Shown here piece by piece: positions 12,756-64,000 of a stretch of 64,000 nucleotides of DNA. This DNA is from Octopus bimaculoides. Its lineage: Eukaryota. Position 1 is the first letter of the stretch. Every line of letters starts with the position of its first letter. A program made the position numbers and the translations under genes. The notes under the pieces are model-generated. The model had not been told where the DNA came from. It saw nothing but the letters and a program-made list of their open reading frames with translations, and made no database searches. The stretch is from positions 88,154,364 to 88,218,363 of the forward strand of contig NC_068984.1 of the NCBI RefSeq assembly GCF_001194135.2, in the 5' to 3' direction.

Positions 12756-12800
12756 ATATATTAGCGCTTTCGTTCGTCTTTCGAACTTGTCAATTATAAT
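12756..12800 (-). ncRNA. Type I hammerhead ribozyme-like motif (U3-A8 core)
   Basis: AUUAUAA UUGACAA GUUCG-AAAGA-CGAAC GAAA GCGC UA AUAUA; perfect 5-bp stem II, palindromic AGCGCU stem III, A/A mismatch at first stem I pair. Confidence 0.68.
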
Positions 12801-13052
12801 TCTGTGAAAATACAGAGATCTTGCTTATTTATATAAAAACAGGTGTTTTGGGGGGTTTTGTTTATAACAAAACATTGTTTTGTTTTTTTGTTTTTTGGGG
12901 GTGAGGCTTTGGAGACAATGGAAGATGTATAAGCAGATAGATAGATAGACAGGGAGATAGAGATAGATAGATAGACTGATAGTCAGACAGATAGAGAGAT
13001 GGATGTGGTAAAAGAGAGAGAGAAAGGCCATTATATATATATATATAAACCA

Positions 13053-14660
13053 TCTATACTATAATTGCGCTATTTATGTGTGTCTTTGTCAAAATTTTGT
13101 TACCAAACTCCACAACCACTGGACCGATTTCGACCACACTTGGCGTGAGGAACCGAGGGTACCGGGAGAATGTCAACATCTATATGGGATTCACGAAAAT
13201 TAACCGGTCCGGTTCCAGTATGGTAAAATCCGACAAAACGAATTTTCCCTCTCTCACTATTCAATGACTCTCCTATTCATCATGCTTACTACCTCTTTCT
13301 CTTACTGAGAGCTGTAGTGTGAGGAGCTGTAATTGACAGAATTGCATACGTCACATTTCATAATTCTCTCTCACATATTTACTGCTTCTCTTAACTTATT
13401 CTCTCTTAATCGGTTGCGCTCTTTTCCATGTCTCCTTCGATGTTACTTTGATGCTTCTCTCTCCATATATATATTACGTATTGAACTCACTCTCTCATAC
13501 AAACACACACACACATTTACTACTCCTCTTACTTCATTCGCTCTTAACCGGTTGCGTTCTTTCAAATGTTTCTATCGGTGTCATTTTCGAAAAAAAAAAC
13601 CTCAGATACTGTTAGTCTTCGGTGAAAATTACAAATACACCATACTCACTAAACACTATCTTAAAGTACAATTTTTATGTTATTGAATTGCTCTAAACGA
13701 ATTTGACAATAAAAATGTTGGAAATTTAATATTTTTTAAGATATTAATAAAATCTGTTGGATCTATTTTCATGCCGTCGGAGCTACTGTTATGCCTGTTT
13801 ACGTCGTTGCGTGTATGAATATGTTATTGAATGTACTGTAGTCTGATATTTTACGCATGCATAGAATTCCTGAAATAGCAGAAGTAAAAAAAGTATGAAA
13901 ATTTCAGAAACTTTACGCATTCAACAGCATGAAAAAAGGTTCGATTGATTTTATTATTACCTTAAAAAATACTAAATTTCCGACATTTCTATGATTAAAT
14001 TCGTTTACAGCAATTCAACAACATAAAGAGAACATGCCCTGACTGCAAAGCTTACCTTTGGGATGCTGAGAAAACTACCCTCTGCTGTGGTAAAGGAAAA
14101 ATTAGTGCCCAGAATTAATAGCTAAGTACTATGATGTTAATCTATGCGGTCAAAGGTTTCTGATCAAAATTAGTGACTAAAATAATTTACTGGCTATGGT
14201 TTCACTGGAACTGGATAATCCACTAGTTGGACCACAGGGCGATAGCACTTTTATGCTTACTTTCAAGATTCAAAGAAAGTTGTACTACTGCATAGGAAGT
14301 CTCCTACCAGCAGTAAATAGGAAGCCATTCTACACACAGCTACAATTCGTTGACACTGAAAATGAGATGAGAAACAGGTTGTCATTCAGAGGAGCTGACA
14401 ATGACCTTAATGAGAACATCCTGCTAGACTTACAGAGAGCACTGCATTTACACAATCCATATGTCAAAATTTTAAACAGGCTATTGATATAATTAAGGAA
14501 TACCCTGCACCAGGAAAATGTTCTACCGGTGATTTATAAGTCATGACAAACGGCTTATTCCTGCTGGGTTACATTAGAGAACCTATAATCCACCGACTGC
14601 ATCACAAGTTGCTGTGATCATGGTGGGAGATGATACCAACAATCCAAACATTAAGACTGT
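13053..14660 (+). mobile_element. Helitron 5' fragment (Rep N-terminal region)
   Basis: A|TCTATACTATAAT 5' terminus; C..CKA.LW..E..LCC.KGK; FKIQ..LYY.IGSLLP; FVDTENE..NR; HNPYV; RTYNPPTASQVA. Confidence 0.85.
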
Positions 14661-15255
14661 GGCTTTGGACTCAGGGTATAAGGATATGAAAGGAATCTAC
14701 ACTGACAACGTCGTCTATATGGAAATTCTTTAAGAAAATTATAGTAAGTTTCACTTTTTACTTTCAAACTATGAACAGGAGTTTAGATATGTACTAGCTG
14801 AATCAACCACCCACAGGGCAGTGATTCAGCTAGTCTTTTTATAATTTTGTAATATATACATTATCAGTTAGTGACATTTCAAGTTGAAATCCAACAAAAT
14901 GCTGATCACAGCTCTAAAACATAACCTCAATATCAAATGTTCAGAGATTTAAAAGATTGAAGCAGTTACTGAGTGAGAACAGGGACTAATTTAGGCAAGA
15001 AATATGGAACAAATCATTGAAAATCTTTTTAAGTAAAATGCATGCATATTTTAGATCTGAGAGTCCAATCATTCTTTATCTCTTTAACAAATTCCTATAT
15101 CACAGAGAAAGCAGTGCTAGCGACTTTTCTGCAATTTATGCAGGATTAGAAAATTCACTAAACCAACATATATATTATTGCTTTTTACAATTTGCCACCA
15201 TATATGTTTGCAATTAGTTCAGTTATTGTTTGTTTATCATTAAGTATATAGCTCT

Positions 15256-15422
15256 AGGCACAGTTTCTATCACTGGATGCCCTTCCTAACATAGAAACCA
15301 TGCCAAATCAGACTGGAACCTGGTGCAGCTCCCTGGCTTGCCAGCTCTGGTCAAACCATCAAACTCATGCCAGCATGGAAAACAGATGTGAAATGATGAT
15401 GATGATAATGATGATGATGATG
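15256..15422 (+). mobile_element. RTE-tail repeat fragment ending in (GAT)n
   Basis: Homologous to the 3' UTR of the RTE at 32535-33245. Confidence 0.8.
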
Positions 15423-16626
15423 AGCTTTAAAAGGGGAAAATGAGAGTAATATACTGCTGTCTTCTAGAATCATACAACTTCTTAACTTTTTGCAACTGTA
15501 ACTGTAAAATACACAGTCCATTCTGTGTTTCAGTTAATTTTTAAAACAATCAAAACTTTAGAATGATTTAGTAAAATAACATTTATTAAAAATGGTGCTT
15601 GAAACAAAATTACATTGGATTTACTTATGAAAGCTTTAAAACAGGATTCTATATCAGAGATACAGATGTAGTACCAGGCACACTAGTACCAAAGGCAATC
15701 TGGATTCCAAGGAGTCTACATGTTGGTCTGTGTCAAGAAAGGAAAAATCTAAGGGGGAACAATTGTGATAAAACACCAACCATAAAACAAAAGTACAAAG
15801 TTAGTGCAATACACAAATGTGGTTTGGATATTTTGAGAAAGAAACACTTTGTTGAAATAAAGAAGGGAAAATATAAATGTACAGATAAATATTTTACATG
15901 TCATTGATTGATCATGGTTGATAAATGGTGAAACAGAAGTGAGCAGGGTCCCATGCATAGTTCTTTTTTTTTTTTTTCAGCGGAAAGTGCAATAGGAGGC
16001 AAGTAGCAATCAAAACAAAATGACATGTTTAGTGTGCAGGCATGAATGTAGGATTAGAAAGAAGTAAAGAGTGATAAAGGTATGGGGTGGAGAGAAGGAG
16101 CAGATGGCAGTGAGACAGCAGAGAAGCAAATTAGATTTGGATCTTGTGAATATGAAGGAGATGGGAAAATGTAAAGAGTGTCATCAAAGGAAAGCCAATT
16201 GATTATTGGTTTCTGTAACAGAGGTTGTTCCCAACTAAAAGACCAATTTTTGTAGCTGGAGAGTAGCAAGGTGTTGGTATCAAGAGTTAAACACCATTTG
16301 AAACAAAATGGATAACAGAGTGAATGGAAAGCCACCAAAATTGCTCAGCATATCTCAACACTTCTTCAGCACTTTTAGAACTGATTCAAACAATACTCAG
16401 TGTGAAGTGGTCACAAAAGTAACAAGCAAAATATTCTGAGGAATCTAAAAATATAGTTTTAGCGTTGTTGTCGTTTAATGCCCACTTTTCCATGTTGCAT
16501 GGGTCAGATGGAATTTGTTGAGGTAGATACCCTTCACTAACCTTCACCTGCTTCCAAGTAATGTAGTATTTCCCCACAACTATCACATGATGTCAAAGAA
16601 AAGAAATAATAACAAACACATACACA

Positions 16627-16795
16627 CACATATTTATAAGGTGGGCTTCTTTCGGTTTCCATCTACCAAATCCATTCACAAGGACTTTAACTGACTCATG
16701 GCTGTAGTAGAAGACACTTACCCGAGGTACCACTCAGTGGGACTGAACCTGAAACCATATGGTTGAGAAGTAAACTTCTAACCATATACTCATAC
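16627..16795 (-). mobile_element. tRNA-derived SINE 5' half (CORE-like family)
   Basis: Homologous to 48141-48506. Confidence 0.75.
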
Positions 16796-17189
16796 ATGTA
16801 TTTACTACGTATATCACAAAAATATTACAAACCATGACAATATATTTGTTTCAGGAAGAAAATAAAGGTGCTGGACTGCAGGTCACATATTACTGGGACA
16901 AATATTGTATTGTGACCCCAAATCAAAGTACATAACTGCTAGCTCCAGTTTACCAAACTGATATATAACAAATATCATTCCATTCCCTGTAGCTAGTTAG
17001 ATGGTGGTTAAAAAAAAAAAAGGTGCATCCACTGTGAAAGTAATTGCATCAACAAATGCTACCCCATTCAAAATGGATGTAAAACAGCAAAACAAAAATA
17101 AATAATGACAATAACAATGATTTCTTACATTGGTGCAAACTTGTTGGAGGAAATTGCTGATTAAATTAACTTCTATTTTACAGGTACTA

Positions 17190-19310
17190 TTTTACCACTC
17201 TGGTGGAGATTGAAAGGTAAAGATAATCTCAGCAGAACTTGAACTCAGAACAGACATAACTAACATTGATTTCAAATATTTGTGCAAGGCCAGCAATTTC
17301 AGGCAAGGAGTTAAGTCAATTACATTGACCCCTGTGCTCAACTGGTATTTGTTTTACTGATCCTGCAAGGATGAAAGGCAAAGTCAACCTTGACGGAATT
17401 TGAACCCAGAGCATAAAGAGGGACGAAATGTCACTGAGCATTTTGCTCAGTATGCTAACAATTCTGCCAGCTCACTGCCTTATATACATAACTAATACAG
17501 GCTTAAATTGTAAGGCCAACAATTTCAGAGACGGGTTAAGTCAGTTACATCAACCCCAGTGCTCAACTAGTATTTGTTTTACCAACTCTGAAAGGATGAA
17601 CAGCAAAGTCAACCATGGTGGAATTTGAACCCAGAACGTCAAGACAGACGAAATGCCACTAAGCATTTTGCTCAGCCTGCTAACAGTTCTGCCAGTTCAC
17701 CATCTTAAAAGCATAACTAATATTGCAAAATATTTTATTCAGTGATATGATTCTGTCATCTACTATCCTCTTGATGATGATGACAATCATTTCTAACAAA
17801 GATACAAATTTTGGAGGGAGAAGTTAATCAATTATAACAACCCCAGTACTTGAGTGGTACTTTATCAATACCAGGAGGATGAAGCATAAAATTGACCCTG
17901 ATAGGATTTGAATACGAAATGTAAAGTGCTGTAACTAAATGCCACAAAAATATTTTGTCCAACATTCAAATGACTGTAAATCTGAAACCATGCCAAATCA
18001 GACTGCAGTTTGGTGCAGCTCCCCAGGTTGTCAGCTCTGACTAAACCGTCCAAGCCATGCCAACATGGACAATGGACATTAAATGAATAATAATAATAAT
18101 GAATAAAATGTTTTTGAATGGTACAACAATGCACTATAATACAAAAAATGGACTATATACCTGTTGTAATTTAATTATCCATAGTCCGATGATATTTCGG
18201 AATACAATTCCTTCTTCAGATATTCTTAGATGAAGTCACTGCTATAATTGGTTTTCCAACAAAGCCGTTGGAAAACCGATTATAGCAGCGACTCCATCTA
18301 AGAATATCTGAAGAAGGAATTGTATTCTGAAATATCATCGGACTATGGATAACTAAATTACAACAGGTATATAGTCCATTTTTTGTATTATAGTGAATTG
18401 TTGTACCATTCAAAACTTTTTATTCTTTACAAACAATACACAATGCTTCAAGCGAACTCTCCTAATAATAATGTCTTTCTATTATAGGCACAATAGATGT
18501 GAGATGTGAGGAGAAGAAGCAAATTGATTAACGCAATCCCAGTACATGACTAGTATTTTATTTTATTGACCCCAAAAGGGTGGCAAAGTTAACTTCAGCA
18601 GCATTTGAACTCAGAATGCACAGAGCCAGAGGAAATGTGAAGCATTTTGTCTGGCACGGTAATAATTCTGCCAGTTCACCATCTTAATAATAATAATCTT
18701 ATCTATTATAGGCCCAAGACCTGAAATTTTGTGGGGAAGGAGGTAGTTAATATCATCAACCCTAGTACTCAACTGATATTTATTTTATCGATTTCAAAGG
18801 ATGGAAGACCAAGTCAACCTCACCAGAATTTGAACTCAGGATGTAAAGCCAGAAGAAATGTTGGTAAGCATTTTGTCTGGCTTGTTAATGATTCTGATAG
18901 CTCACAATAATAATAATAATAATAATAATAATCCTCTCTACTATAGACACAAGGCATGAAATTTTGGGGATGGGGCAAGTCGATTACATAGACTCCAGCG
19001 CTTGACTGGTACTTAATTTATCAACCCCAAAAAGATGAAAGGCAAAGTCAACCTCAGTGAAATTTGAACTCAGAATGTAAAGATGGATGAAATGCCTCTA
19101 AGCATTTTGCCCAGGGTGCTAACAATTCTGTCAGCTCAGTCTTTTATATTATTATCATTATTATTATTATTATTGTTTCTAATTTAGGTACAATAACAGT
19201 AATTTTGAATGAAGGGGCACAGCCAATTACATCAAGTAGTTTTAATAATTGTTTCTGACTTAGGCACAAAGCCAGTTCATCCCCAGTATTGGCTGGTGCT
19301 TTATTTTAGC
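17190..19310 (-). repeat. Cluster of about 7 same-orientation tRNA-derived SINE copies (Meta-domain-like) separated by (TAA)n
   Basis: Repeated gagttcaaattc B box and ctttcatcc..ggggtc..taagtacc body at about 17190, 17290, 17505, 17810, 18530, 18735, 18975, 19260. Confidence 0.85.
18101..18425. repeat. Near-perfect 325-bp palindrome (about 160-bp arms, 6-nt loop); each arm carries a hammerhead motif
   Basis: Arms 18101-18260 and 18267-18425; CUGAAGA A GGAAU-UGU-AUUCC GAAA UA UC on minus 18219-18191; plus copy 18308-18336 has C11.1U. Confidence 0.92.
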
Positions 19311-19366
19311 AACCTGAAAGAGTTGATATGATAATGAAGCATAAAAACATGTGCAGACGTAAATAT

Positions 19367-60862
<41,496 letters not shown>

Positions 60863-61574
60863 CTGAAAAGATAACCAAGAAAAAAATATTAATACCACAA
60901 ACTGATATCCTAAATTAAATTTAAATAGTTTACATTTGTCAAAATTTGAATAAAACAAAGCACAGAATCCTAAGTATTAGACATACAAAATATAAAGGGC
61001 TTTGAGCTAACTACAAAGGCCAAAAAATAACTGTTAAAAAGGCTTTTGGTAATGCATATACTCAAGTAACCAAGGATATATGAATTTTCCTGGAAGATGA
61101 TTCCAAATAGATTGTGTTCAAGAAGAATGATTTGTATGTACTTAAATCAACAGAACATAACAGGATTCAGATGGATTCTGTTGCAAACACAGATTTTACA
61201 GCTGGATATATTCCTCCTACTGCTAACCACATCACACAAGAAATTTTGATGTCAAACTGAAAAGTACAGTAATGTATTTATCTAATGTAACATCATTCCT
61301 ATCATTGTAGTCCACTGCAGATCATGATTCTGATAACTTCTGAAAATATCACTCCTTCAGGAACACAACTAGTATAACTGCTGCAAGAGAAAGCATGCTT
61401 TCTTTTGTTTCTCTGCAATATGTACATCAGTCCATCATCAGTTAGAGCATTTTATTTTGATATTTGGAGTAACCAAATATCTTCTCTATAGCAAAACAGC
61501 TATTTCTATAACTCTATTATATTTGAAGCTCTCAGCTGGCACAAAGTCACCTCCTTCAATACTATTCCCCCTCC

Positions 61575-62290
61575 AAGTCAGGGGTCTTTGTCTTGCAAGT
61601 TACTTGGTGATTCTTCAGGTGTTGTTGCCACATAAAATGTACACAATGCACTCTGTAAAATAGTTGGCATTAAGAAAGGCATCCAGCCATAGAAACCATG
61701 CCAAAACTGACAATGGAGACTGATGCAGCTCTTTAACTTCCCAGCTCCCGTTAAACTGTCCAACCCATGCCAGCATAAAAAATAAACATTATATGATGAT
61801 GATGGCCACTAGAAAGCTGAGTGTATAACCATCCATAACCTATGAAAGAATGATTCTGTTTAATTCTAAATACTACCCTAATTCATTATCCTCACCATTT
61901 TACATTTACTTTCAATAATGAAGTAGTTATCATCATCATCATCATCGTTTAATGTCCAGCTTCCATGCTGGCATAGGTTGGACAGTTTGACAGGAGCCGA
62001 GTAGGAAGAAGACTACACCAGACTGCTATGTCTGTTTTGGCATGGATTTTACAGCTGGATGCCCTTCGTAACATCAACCACCCTACAGAGTAGACTGAGT
62101 GCTTGTTGTGTGGCACCTGCACAGGCAAGGTCAGTTTTGGTATGGTTTTTACAGGTGGATGCCCTTCCAAATGCCAACCACTTCACAGTGTGGAGTGGGT
62201 GCTTTTTATGTGGCACCAGCACCAGCAGGGTCACCAAGTAACTTGCAAGACAAAAAATTTTGAGAGGAGAGGGGGCATTGGAGGAGGTGA
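61575..62290. mobile_element. Two convergent RTE-tail repeats (61575-61803 +, 61930-62290 -)
   Basis: Both carry aagggcatccagc motifs and (GAT)/(CAT) tails facing each other. Confidence 0.75.
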
Positions 62291-63320
62291 TCTTGTGTCA
62301 GATGAAAGGTTAGAGTGTGACAGAGACACAGAAGCAGATACAGGTATCTTGCTATAGAGGAAGTACATGGTTACACAGCCAGAGAAAGAGAGGGAGAGGG
62401 AGAGGAAGAGAAAGTGGAAGAGAGAGGGAGAGGAAGAGAGAGGGAAGAGGAAGAGAGGGGGAGGAAGAGAGGAAGAGGAGAGAGAAAGAGGGAGAGAGGG
62501 GGGAGGAAGAGAAAGAGGGAGAGGGGAGAGAACAAGACAGAGAGAGGGAAGGAGAAAGAGAGAGAGAGAGAGAGGTGACAAGGGATCATATATTGCTCAT
62601 TGCATTATATTTTAGCATTTCAACAATTGGATGCCTTTCCTCATACCAACCATTCTACACAGTATACTGGGTACTATTTTTTTGTAGCACCAACACTTGA
62701 GAGATTGTCATGCCTTCAACGAGACAAGACCAGTAGGTCCTCTCAACGTTATGCCATCTCTGCTCATTCACCAACCACTTTACTCAGAATATTTTATCAG
62801 GGCACCAGCACTAGTGAGGTTGATTTGCACTCTGCAACACAAAAGCAGTCCTCACTGCTTGATACTGTCTCTCTGTTTGTTCAGGTAATTTTACCAACAG
62901 AGTAGGTAGAAGGGAGGACAGTTGCAGAATATGAAGAAGAGTGATAGAAGAGACTAAAAACAGGCAGAGAAACAGAATAATGGAGGAGACAGCATAGAAG
63001 AGGAAGGAGATACTGAAAAAGACAGTGCTAAAAGAGTAAGGAAGAGAAGCAGTAATGGTAGGATATATAGAGACAGTAATGGCATAGACAATAATGTCAG
63101 CTACATGTTTGTTTGAGTGGGAGAGAGACGGGGGAGAGGGATGGATAGCCAGTAATAAGTGACCTGTGAGAGTGGGAAGGACAGTTAGCATTACAGAAGG
63201 GTAATGCCAGATGATAAAGGTGAGCATGGATGATGGAGATGGCAAAAGCATGAGAGTGATAAACATCCATAAAGTGACCCGAAGAAGAAGAAAAGAGAAT
63301 GAAGGCAGCTACACTTTTGG

Positions 63321-63365
<45 letters not shown>

Positions 63366-63529
63366 ATGGGTAACAGTAGAGATGGTCGGTGATAGACGTC
63401 AACAAGAATTGATCTCCAGGAGAGAGGGTGGTGGCTAACAGTAGACTAATGTTAGTTGCTGAGAGAAAGCATGAGTGATGAATATCAGGATAATGCTAAA
63501 AGGATAACAGATGTCAATAAAAAGAAAGG

Positions 63530-63880
63530 CAACAGTGGTTGGCAGTACAGCTATCGGACAACTCTCGGATTCGTCGCAAAAGCTGGGTGGGGTTTGGGTC
63601 CCTGAGATGCTCATCTTGTAAGAGTACGAAATTTACTCTCAGGCGAGAGAGAGTTACACTGGAGAACCTCAGCTTTGAAGGTTTCGTAAGTCATATCCGA
63701 TGGCGTTCCTGTTATCATGTCTCACACTGAAAGTGCGAGGGGAGGAGGAATGCCAGTAAGAACGAGGTGGAGTTTGCTCTGGGCCAACTGAATGTTAGAA
63801 GAAATGAAGAATGATTCCAGTCATGAAAACCACATCTTGGCATCTCCATGATAGTGAGACAAAGGAAAATGACTCACCTT
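63530..63880 (-). pseudogene. Gypsy gag N-terminal fragment
   Basis: Minus: DAKMWFS*LESFF..KLHLVL..V*DMI..PSDMTYETFK..SPESK..PTQLLRRIREL. Confidence 0.55.
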
Positions 63881-64000
63881 GGATAATAGGAAGGGAACAA
63901 CACGAAGAACAAGCTGGTTGAAGAAACACCATTAGAAATGGCAGTCAAAACACCCTAGTTGAAAGAAGACACAACAAACAACGAACTAGGAAAATTCTTT

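Noticed and set aside
60863-64000. Search for the first coding exon of RMI1 (M..W..WL..C..W)
   Set aside because: No matching segment found; it probably lies beyond the window

Overview
Repeat-saturated animal genomic DNA from a gapped draft assembly (about 12 N-runs, many (TA)n/(TG)n/(GA)n tracts). The SINE and RTE repeat complement looks like an octopus or other cephalopod (inference). One host gene could be assembled by hand: RMI1 (BLM-TOP3A-RMI complex) on the minus strand. It has 14 coding exons with GT-AG introns and consistent phases, spanning 60862 to 19367 (585 codons plus stop); the first coding exon was not found in the window. The rest is mostly transposon debris: three Helitron pieces, a MULE/FLYWCH element with TIRs and TSD, a TIR-bounded pogo (POGK-like), a mariner derivative, Gypsy fragments, RTE fragments, tRNA-derived SINEs, piggyBac/Tigger/8-bp-TSD MITEs and several Penelope-like elements (PLEs). 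The signal not shown by the ORF track is RNA-level: at least six distinct families of type I hammerhead ribozyme motifs (ten near-complete copies). These include two independent U3-A8 covariant cores and an ORF-less, hairpin-rich 365-bp tandem unit resembling a retrozyme/circRNA element. Several copies lie sense to the RMI1 pre-mRNA, and most occur as divergent inverted pairs. All structures were folded by eye; none was computed or tested.
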